NCBI GenBank assembly: GCA_041483195.1 | Contig: JBGPFC010000037.1 | Location: forward strand, 1-34,648 | Source: Candidatus Eiseniibacteriota bacterium | GTDB lineage: Bacteria > Eisenbacteria > RBG-16-71-46 | Direction: 5' to 3' | DNA: 34,648 nucleotides | In this document: positions 9,135 through 18,146 of the stretch, one piece after another | How the letters are laid out: every line of letters starts with the position of its first letter | Numbering within the stretch: position 1 is the first letter of the stretch | Program-made: the position numbers and the translations under genes | Notes under the pieces: model-generated | Told to the model about the DNA's origin: nothing | Databases searched by the model: none | The model's input: the letters and a program-made list of their open reading frames with translations, nothing else

Positions 9135-11090
9135 GTGCGCACTCAGGTCGTCGCGATGCTGTGCCTCACGCTCTCAGGCTTCACGGCCGCGAACGCCGCC
9201 GCCCCCGCGCGCCCCGAGCCGTTCCGGCTCGAGCACGCGCTCACGCTAAAGAGCTTTTCCGATCTCAACTGGTCGGCGGACGGAACGAAGCTCGCGTTCG
9301 TCGTCACCACCATGGACACCGCCGAGAACACGAGCAACCCGGACCTGTGGCTCGCCGATCTCGCGCGCGGCGAGACCCTCCGGCTCACGCGCCACCCCAA
9401 GGCCGACATCAGCCCCACGTTCTCGCCAGGCGGCGACACGCTCGCGTTCGTCGCGAACCGCGGCACCGGCGAAGACGCGAAGCCCGCGATCTGGATGATG
9501 TCGCTGCGCGGCGGCGAGCCGTGGGCGTTCGGCAGCTACGCGGAAGCGGTGGGCGAGGTGAAGTGGTCGCCCGATGGCCGCACCCTCGCGTACGTGATGA
9601 CCGACACGCTGTCGCGGCAGATCCGCGAGTGGCGGAAGAAGAAGTGGGACCAGGTGGTCGAGGACGAGCGGCTCCAGTACCCGCACCTGTGGGTGGTGGA
9701 CGTCGCGACCGGGCGCCAGCGCCGCCTCACGTCGGGCGATCGCTACATCTGGAACGTGCGATGGTCGCCCGATTCGCGGCTCATCGCGTTCATCGTGAGC
9801 CCCACCGGGAAGCCCGACGACTCGAACGAGCAGGATATCGGGATCGTCCCGGCCGAGGGCGGACCGGTGCGCACGCTGGGCGTGATCGGCGGCGCCTTCG
9901 CGTGGTCGCCGGACGGCAAGTCCATCGCGCTCGCGACCGGGCACGATCGCGACGTCTACGTTGGCAAGACCGATCTCTGGCGGGTGCCGGTCGCGGGCGG
10001 CGCGCCGCGCAATCTCACCGCGGGCTTCGACGAGGACGCGCAGATGCCGGCGTGGAATCCCTCCGGCGACACGCTCTACTTCCACGCGGATCGGGGCGTG
10101 AGCACGACGCTCGCCTCGGTCGCCGCGCGCGACACGGTGGTCACGCTCGGCGTCGACCGCGCGGGCACGGCGAGCACGCCCGCCATCGCCGCGAACGGCC
10201 GCGCGGCGTGGGTGCAATCACGCGCGACCGCGCCCTCCGAGATCTGGATCGCGGATCATGTCGGGCTGCCGGGCCGCGCGCTCACAGCTCTCAATACCGG
10301 CGTCGCGCGGCTCGCGCTCGGAACGACGCGCAGCGTGCGCTGGACCGGCACCGACGGCGTGCGGGTCGAGGGGGTGCTGCTGCGCCCGGCGGGCGCGCCG
10401 GAGCGCGCCGCGCTCAAGACGCTGGTGCTGCTCCACGGCGGCCCATACACCGAGCGCTGGACGCTCGGCTTCCAATCCACGGCGCAGTACTTCGCGGCCA
10501 ACGGCTACCAGGTCTTCATGCCCAACTTCCGCTCGAGCGGCGGCTACGGCACGGCGTTCATGGTGCGCACGCGCAGCAACTGGGGCGGCCAGGACTGGCG
10601 CGACGTGACGAGCGGCCTCGACAGCCTGATCGCGCGCGGGCTGGTGGACGGCCGGCAGCTCGGCGTGTTCGGCCACTCGTACGGCGGTTACCTCTCGGCG
10701 TGGGCCATCACGCAGACCGACCGGTTCGAGGCGGCGTGCGTGAGCGCGGGCGCCGTGGATCTCGCGGCGCACTGGGGGCAGAGCGACATTCACAAGTACC
10801 GCGCGTACGACTTCGAGGGATTCCCGTGGGCCACCCCCGACCTGTGGGCGCGCTCCTCGCCGTCGAGCTACATCCTGCACGCGAAAACCCCGACGCTGGT
10901 CTTCAGCGGCGAGGACGATCGCCGCGTGCCATACCCGCAGGGCCAGATGCTCTATCAATCGCTGCTCGCGCTCAACGTGCCGACCGAGTTCGTGCACTAC
11001 CCGCGCGAGCCTCACGGCTATCGCGAATACCACCACCAGGCCGACCGCCTCATGCGCGAGCTGGCCTGGTTCAACCGCTGGGTGCGCTGA
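9135..11090 (+). CDS. S9 family prolyl oligopeptidase / acylaminoacyl peptidase, secreted
   Basis: Signal peptide; PD40 repeats (WSPDG); HGGP; nucleophile GHSYGG; D in EDDRRVP; H in REPH. GTG 9135 with GGAG RBS. Confidence 0.9.
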   Translation: MRTQVVAMLCLTLSGFTAANAAAPARPEPFRLEHALTLKSFSDLNWSADGTKLAFVVTTMDTAENTSNPDLWLADLARGETLRLTRHPKADISPTFSPGGDTLAFVANRGTGEDAKPAIWMMSLRGGEPWAFGSYAEAVGEVKWSPDGRTLAYVMTDTLSRQIREWRKKKWDQVVEDERLQYPHLWVVDVATGRQRRLTSGDRYIWNVRWSPDSRLIAFIVSPTGKPDDSNEQDIGIVPAEGGPVRTLGVIGGAFAWSPDGKSIALATGHDRDVYVGKTDLWRVPVAGGAPRNLTAGFDEDAQMPAWNPSGDTLYFHADRGVSTTLASVAARDTVVTLGVDRAGTASTPAIAANGRAAWVQSRATAPSEIWIADHVGLPGRALTALNTGVARLALGTTRSVRWTGTDGVRVEGVLLRPAGAPERAALKTLVLLHGGPYTERWTLGFQSTAQYFAANGYQVFMPNFRSSGGYGTAFMVRTRSNWGGQDWRDVTSGLDSLIARGLVDGRQLGVFGHSYGGYLSAWAITQTDRFEAACVSAGAVDLAAHWGQSDIHKYRAYDFEGFPWATPDLWARSSPSSYILHAKTPTLVFSGEDDRRVPYPQGQMLYQSLLALNVPTEFVHYPREPHGYREYHHQADRLMRELAWFNRWVR

Positions 11091-11091
11091 C

Positions 11092-11328
11092 ATGGGACGT
11101 TTCCTTCGCCGGCTGTTCTTCCTGCTCGTGCTGATCGGTCTCGCCGCCTACGTGTGGCCGTCCGCCTATCGCTACGACCACATGACGGTGGACGGCGACG
11201 TGTATCCGGTGCGCATCCACCGCATCACCGGCCACGCCGACATCCTGATGCCGGAGCAGGGCTGGATCCCCTCCGAGCAGCCGTGGGATCAGAGTCAGGA
11301 CGCCGCGCCCGGCGATGGCCGCACCTAG
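11092..11328 (+). CDS. Small single-TM hypothetical protein
   Basis: Starts 1 nt after the peptidase stop; N-terminal TM followed by a beta-rich segment (RIHRITG...GW). Confidence 0.65.
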   Translation: MGRFLRRLFFLLVLIGLAAYVWPSAYRYDHMTVDGDVYPVRIHRITGHADILMPEQGWIPSEQPWDQSQDAAPGDGRT

Positions 11329-13078
11329 CGGGCGCATCGAGCGCGGCGGGCGGGCGGGGGGCGCGCGCGGTGAGCGCGGCGCGAGCGCAACGCCCGCCGC
11401 GACGCTCGCGGCCCTCGAGCGGCTGAAGCCCGAGTTCGGCGGCGGCGCGGCGGCACGCAAGCTCGCCGTGTTGCGCGCGCTCGAGCGCGCGCGCCTCGCA
11501 TCCGCGCGCGAGGTGCTGCGCCTCCACGAGGCGCTCTGCTTCATGCGCGCCTATCCCGACGATCGGGCGGTGCTCGCCCGCATCGAGCGCATGCTGGCGC
11601 GCTTCGATCGCCGCGCCGACCTGCGGCGCCACGCCCGCGCGCTCGCGGACAGCGGCATCGCGGGCACCGAGATCCGATTTCGCTTCTTCGCCCCCACCGC
11701 GCGATGGCTCGCGCGCCGCTTCGGCGAGCGGCTGCGCATCGACTGGAAGGAGTTCGAGTACGCCGACCGCCTCGGCGAGCTGCTGCCGCTGCTCGCGCAC
11801 TACAGCGAGCAGCCGGGGCTCGACGAGTACGAGTTCGAGGTGCGCGAGTGGGTGCAGCGCCTCAAGGGACCGGACGAGACCGATGCCGCGTTCCTGATCC
11901 GGCGCTTCGCGGCGCTCGGGATGGACGACTTCGCGCGCGAGATCCTCTACGACCAGCTCGATCCGCCGATGCGGCTGAGCGCGGGTGCGGGCGGCCCATC
12001 GCGCACCCACGCGAAGACGAAGGTGCGGCGCGTCGTCTATCAGCGCGCCCCGCTCTCGCGCGAGCGGCCGGTGATCGCGGAGGCGGTGAGGCAGCAGCCG
12101 CTCTCGGTGCGCGCCGTGGCGCCGCGCGAGGGCGCGCGGCTCATCGACATGGCGCGCGCCGCGATGGTGACGCGCAGCCGCGACCTCGACGTGTTCTCGT
12201 ACGGCGATCCGCGCGACGTGCGGATGGTGGACTGCGGCGAGGGGCTCGCGTTCGCGATGATCGGCGCGATCCCCGAGCGCCGGCTGCTGCTCGAGTCGGT
12301 GTACGGCTTCCTCACGCTCAAGAACGGCGTGCCGATCGGCTACGTGCTCACCGGCGCGCTGTTCGGCTCGTGCGAGGTCGCGTACAACGTGTTCGAGACC
12401 TATCGCGGCGCCGAGGCCGGGCCGGTTTACGGCCGGGTGCTCGCGATGTGCCGCCACCTGTTCGGCGCCGACACGTTCATGGTGCCGCCCTATCAGATCG
12501 GGCACCACAACGCGGAGGCGATCGAGTCGGGCGCCTGGTGGTTCTATCAGAAGCTCGGCTTCCGCGCGCGCGAGCGCGCGGTGCTCGCGCTGATGCGCGA
12601 GGAGCTGAAGCGCATGAAGCGGGCGCCGGGCCACCGCAGCGACGCTGCGACGCTGCGGCGGCTCGCCGCCGCGCACATCTACTTTCAGGTCGGTCGCACG
12701 CGCGACGACGTGCTCGGGCTGTTGCCGCTGCCGCGCGTTGGGCTGCGCGTCACCGAGTACCTGGCGCGGCGCTTCGGCTCCGATCGCGAGCGCGGCGAGC
12801 GCGAGTGCGCCCGCGAGGCGGGCGCACTGCTCGGCGTGCGCTCGCTGCGCGCGTGGAGCACGGGCGAGCGCCTCGCGTGGAGGCGCTGGGCGCCGCTGGT
12901 GTGCGCGCTGCCCGGCGTCGCGCATTGGAGTACCGCCGCGCGCCGCGCGCTGGTGGCGGTGATCCGCGCGAAGGGCGGGCGGCGCGAGTCGGAGTTCGTG
13001 CTGCGGTTCGACGCGCACCCGGGGCTGAGGCGCGCGATCGTCGCGCTCGCGACGCGCGAGCAGGGCGCGATCGCGTAG
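11315..13078 (+). CDS. Hypothetical protein with possible internal GNAT-like domain
   Basis: Long coding-biased ORF; LKNGVPIGY / VFETYRG / WFYQKLGF. Start uncertain. Confidence 0.7.
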   Translation: MAAPSGRIERGGRAGGARGERGASATPAATLAALERLKPEFGGGAAARKLAVLRALERARLASAREVLRLHEALCFMRAYPDDRAVLARIERMLARFDRRADLRRHARALADSGIAGTEIRFRFFAPTARWLARRFGERLRIDWKEFEYADRLGELLPLLAHYSEQPGLDEYEFEVREWVQRLKGPDETDAAFLIRRFAALGMDDFAREILYDQLDPPMRLSAGAGGPSRTHAKTKVRRVVYQRAPLSRERPVIAEAVRQQPLSVRAVAPREGARLIDMARAAMVTRSRDLDVFSYGDPRDVRMVDCGEGLAFAMIGAIPERRLLLESVYGFLTLKNGVPIGYVLTGALFGSCEVAYNVFETYRGAEAGPVYGRVLAMCRHLFGADTFMVPPYQIGHHNAEAIESGAWWFYQKLGFRARERAVLALMREELKRMKRAPGHRSDAATLRRLAAAHIYFQVGRTRDDVLGLLPLPRVGLRVTEYLARRFGSDRERGERECAREAGALLGVRSLRAWSTGERLAWRRWAPLVCALPGVAHWSTAARRALVAVIRAKGGRRESEFVLRFDAHPGLRRAIVALATREQGAIA

Positions 13079-13134
13079 CCCGCGATCCGATTCAGCTGGC
13101 CAGCATGCCGCTGTACCCGCGACCGCGGCCCCTG

Positions 13135-13140
13135 TAGAGT
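13135..13140 (+). promoter_or_regulatory. Putative -10 element (TAGAGT) heading the biosynthetic operon
   Basis: TAGAGT-cccgccc-ATG(13148); no SD. Confidence 0.5.
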
Positions 13141-13147
13141 CCCGCCC

Positions 13148-14431
13148 ATGCCGGTCTCAAGGGAGCAGGCCGCCGAGATCGCGCGCCGCCTCGGATGGCA
13201 GGGATCGCCAGACGCGCTTGCGGCGCGGCTTTCCCCTACCACCGAGTCCGCGCGCCCGATCCCGCCCGACATCCCTGCCGTGAAAGACTCGACCGCGGCG
13301 GGTCGCGACCAGCGCCTCGAGTTCCTGCGCTCGCGCGGAATCACCCTCCCGCACCTCGCAGGGAGCGAGCCCCAGGTCGACCCCGAAGAGTTCCGCGGCA
13401 ACATCGAGCAATTCATCGGGATGACCCAGATTCCGACCGGGCTGATCGGTCCGCTGCGCATCAACGGTCTCAACGCCCACGGCGACTTCTACGTGCCGCT
13501 CGCGACCTCCGAGGGGGCGCTGGTCGCGAGCTACTCGCGCGGGGCGCGGCTCATCACGCGCTCGGGAGGCGCGTCGTGTCTCACCACCATCGCTCACGTG
13601 CAGCGCGCTCCGGGCTTCGTCTTCGGCTCGATCGCGGACGCCGGCCGCTTCGCGGCGTGGGCGAGCGGCGAGTTCGAGCGTTTCCGCGAGATGGCGGCGA
13701 CTCGAACCCGGCACGGAAAGCTGATCGACTTTCACATTCACATGGAGACCCGCACCGTCTACCTGCTGTTCTCGTACGACACCGGCGATGCTTCTGGGCA
13801 GAACATGGTGACGCTCTGCACCGACGCGATCTGCCAGGACCTGGTCGCGCGGACTCCGGTCGCTCCGCGCCAGTGGTTCCTCGAGTCCAACCTGTCCGGC
13901 GACAAGAAGGCGACCGCGCTGAACTTCATGCACACCCGCGGCCGCAAGGTGATGGCCGAGGTCACGGTTCCCCGCGAGCTGGTCGAGCGCTACCTCCACA
14001 CCACTCCCGAGCGGATGTGCGACTACTGGCGGATGAGCTTCATCGGCGGCGTGCAGAGCGGCTCGATCGGCGTGACCGGCCACTTCGCCAACGGCATCGC
14101 GGCGATGTACCTCGCGTGCGGCCAGGACGTGGCGTGCGTCAGCGAGGCCGCGGTCGGCACGAACCGGTTCGAGCTCACCGAGACCGGCGATCTCTACTGC
14201 GGCGTGGACCTGCCGAACCTGATCTCCGGCACGGTGGGCGGAGGCACGCGGCTTCCGACCGCCGCCGAGTGCCTGCGGCTCATCGGCTGCGAGGGAACCG
14301 GACACGCCGCGAAGTTCGCCGAGATCTGCGCGGCGGTGGTGCTGGGGGGCGAGCTGTCGATCGCCGGCGCGCTGAGCGCGGGTCATTTCGCGCGCGCCCA
14401 CGAACATCTCGGACGACCGCCCGGCGCCTAG
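13148..14431 (+). CDS. Hydroxymethylglutaryl-CoA reductase family protein (class I-like)
   Basis: NIEQFIG, PLATSEGALVAS (catalytic E), TGDASGQNM, NLSGDKK, GQD, GTVGGGT, GELS, C-terminal catalytic H. Confidence 0.9.
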   Translation: MPVSREQAAEIARRLGWQGSPDALAARLSPTTESARPIPPDIPAVKDSTAAGRDQRLEFLRSRGITLPHLAGSEPQVDPEEFRGNIEQFIGMTQIPTGLIGPLRINGLNAHGDFYVPLATSEGALVASYSRGARLITRSGGASCLTTIAHVQRAPGFVFGSIADAGRFAAWASGEFERFREMAATRTRHGKLIDFHIHMETRTVYLLFSYDTGDASGQNMVTLCTDAICQDLVARTPVAPRQWFLESNLSGDKKATALNFMHTRGRKVMAEVTVPRELVERYLHTTPERMCDYWRMSFIGGVQSGSIGVTGHFANGIAAMYLACGQDVACVSEAAVGTNRFELTETGDLYCGVDLPNLISGTVGGGTRLPTAAECLRLIGCEGTGHAAKFAEICAAVVLGGELSIAGALSAGHFARAHEHLGRPPGA

Positions 14432-14432
14432 C

Positions 14433-15371
14433 ATGTCCAACGGCCGCCGCGCAGGGCTCGCCGCGCGTTTCTGGGCCTACCAGCGCGAGCGGATTCCGTT
14501 CGCGGGGTTCGCGCCGCTGATCGCCGCCTTCACCTTCTCGTCGGCGGCCTATTCGCGCATGGCTCGCGGCGCCGAGGGATTCATTCCATGGACTCGGTTC
14601 GGGGTCGGCGTCTTCACCGCGCTGGTCTTCTTCTTCAGCCTGCGGGTGCTCGACGAGCACAAGGACGAGGACGTCGATCGGCGCTACCGGCCCGAGCTGC
14701 CGGTCCCGCGCGGGCTCATGACGCTGAGGGAATTGCGCGCGATCGGAAGCGTGGCGCTCCTCGCCGCGGTGGCCCTCAACGCCGTCATGTTGCCGGTGAT
14801 GTTGATCCCCATGGCGGTGGTCGCGGTGTGGGCGTCGCTCATGACGCGGGAGTTCTTCGTTCGCGAATGGTTGCGCGCCCACCCGACCGCCTATCTGCTC
14901 ACCCACATGGCGATCATGCCGCTGATCGACACCTATACCACCGGGCTCGACTGGCTGGCCGTCGGCCGTCACCTGCCCACGGGCCTCGTTTACTTCCTCG
15001 CCGTGACCTTCCTGAACGGGATGCTCGTCGAGATCGGGCGCAAGATTCGCTGGCCGGGAGCCGAGCGCGAAGGCGTCGACAGCTACACGCGCGCCTGGGG
15101 CTTGCGCGCGGCGCCCGTGGTGTGGCTGTTGCTGATGGCCGCCGCGGCGACCACCGCGGTGCTCGCGCTCCGGCACGTCGGGAGCGGCCCGCTCGAGATC
15201 ACGATCATCGCTCTCGCGGGCGGGCTGGGCGCCGTCGCGGCGTTCCGCTTCATGCGCCGGCCGGATCTGGCCTCGCAGCTCGCGGTCGAGCGCGTCAGCC
15301 AGTTGTGGATGTTCTCGACCTATCTCGCGATGGGCACGGTTCCGTTCATCGTTCACCGGATCTGGCCGTGA
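14433..15371 (+). CDS. UbiA family prenyltransferase
   Basis: About 8 TMs; LRVLDEHKDEDVDRRYRPELPVPRG first Asp-rich motif. Confidence 0.8.
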   Translation: MSNGRRAGLAARFWAYQRERIPFAGFAPLIAAFTFSSAAYSRMARGAEGFIPWTRFGVGVFTALVFFFSLRVLDEHKDEDVDRRYRPELPVPRGLMTLRELRAIGSVALLAAVALNAVMLPVMLIPMAVVAVWASLMTREFFVREWLRAHPTAYLLTHMAIMPLIDTYTTGLDWLAVGRHLPTGLVYFLAVTFLNGMLVEIGRKIRWPGAEREGVDSYTRAWGLRAAPVVWLLLMAAAATTAVLALRHVGSGPLEITIIALAGGLGAVAAFRFMRRPDLASQLAVERVSQLWMFSTYLAMGTVPFIVHRIWP

Positions 15372-18145
15372 GCGCGCGCGACTGGGTGTTCGTCCCGGGG
15401 CCGGGAGTCGCGCCGCCCCCGACCTCCGAGATCGGAGGCAAGGGGCACCACCTCGCCCGCCTGCTGACCATCGCGGAGCAGGCGTCTGGCGACCCCGCGA
15501 GCCCGGTCTTCCGCGTGCCGCGATTCATCGTGGTGACCGCCGGAGCGTTCGATCGCTGGGTCGCGGGCGGGCGGCCGTGGCCACGCTCCGAAGCGGATGC
15601 GGGGCGGCGGCGCGCCGAGGTGGCCGCCCTCGAGATTCCCGGCGAGCTGCGCGCCGCGATCCTCGAGACGCTGGCCGCGCAGCGCCTGTCCGACGCAACG
15701 GTCGCGGTGCGTTCCTCCGCGGCCTCCGAGGACGGCTCGGGCAGCTCCTTCGCCGGCCAGTTCGAGACCGTGCTCGGCGTGCGTGCGGCCGACGAGCGCG
15801 CGCTGATGGACGCGCTCCGCTCGGTATGGGCCTCCGCGTTTCTCGCGCGGGCCGCGGCGTATCGCGCCGAGCGGGACGCGACGGAGGGCGGCGTGCGCAT
15901 GGCGGTCGTGATCCAGGAGCTGGTGAACCCCGATGTCTCGGGGGTGGCCTTCTCCGCCGACCCGGTCTCCGGCGATCGCGATACCGCGGTGGTGAGCGCC
16001 GTGTACGGCCTCGGCGAGGGATTGGTGAGCGGAGAGCTGGACGCCGACGCCTACCACGTGCGGTTCGGGCCACGCGCGATGCCGGAGGTCGCGGCCACCG
16101 TGGCGCACAAGGACCGCGCGCTTCGCGGCGCGCCGGGCGGGCGTCCGCGCTCCGAGGAGGTTCCGGCCCCGGTGCGCGACGTCGCGGCGCTGAGCGACGA
16201 CGAGGCGCGCCGCGTGGCCGGATGCGTGCGATCGCTCGCCGGGATCCTGGGAGCGGCGCAGGACATCGAGTGGGCGCTGGTCTCCGGGGGCGAACGCCCG
16301 AGGGATCTCGTCGTGCTCCAGACGCGCCCGATCACGACGCTCGCGCCCCTGTCTCGCGCGGACACGGGCGCGACGCCGCCGCGCGGAGAGCGGCGGGTGT
16401 GGGACAACAGCAACATCATCGAGAGCTACGGCGGCGTCACCACGCCTCTCACTTTCAGCTTCGCGCGCCGCGTCTACGAAGACGTGTACCGCCAGTTCTG
16501 CCGGCTGATGGGCGTGACCGAGCCGTTGATCGAGAGCCACCAGCTGGTGTTCGCGAACATGCTCGCGCTGGTACGCGGCCGCGTTTACTACAACCTGCTC
16601 AACTGGTACCGCGCGCTGGCGCTGCTGCCGGGATTCGAGTTCAACCGCGGGTACATGGAGAAGATGATGGGGGTGAGCGAGGCCCTCGATGACCCGCCGC
16701 CGCCGCCCAGCGCCGGCAGCCGGCTGTTCGACCTCGCGCGCCTCGCGCGCATGGTGCTGCGCATGGTCCGCGAATCGTGGAAGCTGAAGACCGAGATCCC
16801 GGCGTTCCACGCGCGCGTCGATGCGACGCTCGCCCCGCTCACCGACGCCCACCTCGAATCGCGCTCCGAGGAAGAGCTGCTCGCCGTCTACCGCGGACTC
16901 GAGCACTCGCTCCTTCGCCACTGGCGTCCGCCGCTCGTCAACGATTTCTTCGCGATGATCTTCTTCGGCGTGCTGTGCCGGCTCATCGAGAAGTGGCTGC
17001 CGGGCGCGCCATCGACGCTCGCGAACGATCTGCTGTGCGGCGAGGGCGGGATCATCTCGACCGAGCCCGCCCGCCGCGTCATGGCGCTGGCGCGGCGCGT
17101 GGCGGAGACGCCGGCGCTCGCGCGCAGCTTCGAGGAGAACGCCGATCCGGTGGCATTGATGCGCCGCCTGGCGACCGCGCCCGAGCACGCCGACTTCTTC
17201 CGCGCCTTCCAGCAGTACGTCGAGCGGTTCGGGGATCGCTGCCTCGAGGAGCTCAAGCTCGAGACCGTCACGCTGCGCGAGGACCCGGCCTTCCTGATCG
17301 ACATGATCCGATCCTACGCGGCGCGCGGAACCGTGGACCCCGAGGCGCAACGCGCGCGCGAGACGCGAATCCGCGCCGAGGCCGAGACGCTGGCGCGCTC
17401 GCGGCTCGGCGGTCTGCGGGGCGCCGTGTTCTTCTGGGTGGTCCGCGGGGCGCGCGGGCGCGTTCGCGATCGGGAGAACCTGCGCTTCGAGCGCACCCGC
17501 GTGTTCGGTGTCGTGCGGCGGGTGTTCCTCGCGCTCGGCGCCCGGATCGCGAAGCAGGGCCGGATCGACGCGCCACGCGACGTGTTCTTCCTGACCATCG
17601 ACGAGCTGTTCGCGGACGCCGAGGGAACCGGCGCGACGCTGGAGCTGCGCAGGCTCGTGGACGTGAGGCGCGCCGAGTTCGAAGCGTTCGAGCGCGCTCC
17701 CGCGCCGCCCGATCGCTTCGTGACATGGGGGACGCCGGCGGTCGCGTTCGGCGCGGAGGGCGAAGGCGGCGGACCCGCGCACGCCGAGCCGTGTGGCGCG
17801 AGCCCGGGGCGCGAGCTGAGCGGCACGGGCTGTTGCCCGGGAGTGGTGAGAGAGCGCGTGCGCGTGGTGCGCGATCCGCGCGAGGCGCACGACGTGACCG
17901 GCCGCATCCTGGTCGCGGAGCGCACCGATCCGGGCTGGACGCTCCTTTTCCCGGCGGCGCGCGGGCTCCTCGTCCAGCGCGGGAGCCTGCTCAGTCACTC
18001 GGCGATCGTCGCGCGCGAGATGGGGCTGCCGTGCGTGGTGGGCGTGGCGGGACTGATGGACACCCTGCGTGACGGCGAGATGGTCGAGATGGACGGGGCA
18101 AGCGGTCGCATCGTGCGGCTCGAAGCGGGCGAGACGGCGGCCTGA
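15368..18145 (+). CDS. PEP-synthase/rifampin-phosphotransferase-like dikinase (ATP-grasp, central helical, phospho-His domains)
   Basis: IGGKG, VAVRSSA.ED..SFAGQF, GEGLVSG, QDIEW, LQTRPIT; C-terminal TDPGW...SHSAIVARE. GTG start overlaps the upstream stop (GTGA). Confidence 0.88.
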   Translation: MSARDWVFVPGPGVAPPPTSEIGGKGHHLARLLTIAEQASGDPASPVFRVPRFIVVTAGAFDRWVAGGRPWPRSEADAGRRRAEVAALEIPGELRAAILETLAAQRLSDATVAVRSSAASEDGSGSSFAGQFETVLGVRAADERALMDALRSVWASAFLARAAAYRAERDATEGGVRMAVVIQELVNPDVSGVAFSADPVSGDRDTAVVSAVYGLGEGLVSGELDADAYHVRFGPRAMPEVAATVAHKDRALRGAPGGRPRSEEVPAPVRDVAALSDDEARRVAGCVRSLAGILGAAQDIEWALVSGGERPRDLVVLQTRPITTLAPLSRADTGATPPRGERRVWDNSNIIESYGGVTTPLTFSFARRVYEDVYRQFCRLMGVTEPLIESHQLVFANMLALVRGRVYYNLLNWYRALALLPGFEFNRGYMEKMMGVSEALDDPPPPPSAGSRLFDLARLARMVLRMVRESWKLKTEIPAFHARVDATLAPLTDAHLESRSEEELLAVYRGLEHSLLRHWRPPLVNDFFAMIFFGVLCRLIEKWLPGAPSTLANDLLCGEGGIISTEPARRVMALARRVAETPALARSFEENADPVALMRRLATAPEHADFFRAFQQYVERFGDRCLEELKLETVTLREDPAFLIDMIRSYAARGTVDPEAQRARETRIRAEAETLARSRLGGLRGAVFFWVVRGARGRVRDRENLRFERTRVFGVVRRVFLALGARIAKQGRIDAPRDVFFLTIDELFADAEGTGATLELRRLVDVRRAEFEAFERAPAPPDRFVTWGTPAVAFGAEGEGGGPAHAEPCGASPGRELSGTGCCPGVVRERVRVVRDPREAHDVTGRILVAERTDPGWTLLFPAARGLLVQRGSLLSHSAIVAREMGLPCVVGVAGLMDTLRDGEMVEMDGASGRIVRLEAGETAA

Positions 18146-18146
18146 G

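Noticed and set aside
14588..15367. Apparent N-terminal extensions or fusions in the ORF track (14588, 18209, 20780, 22903 starts)
   Set aside because: The extensions are out-of-frame read-through of the upstream gene; true starts fit stop/start overlaps at 15368, 19262, 21674 and 23293.
15368..18145. Calling it ppsA or rifampin resistance gene rph
   Set aside because: Lacks the PEP synthase C-terminal domain; operon context is biosynthetic; substrate unknown.
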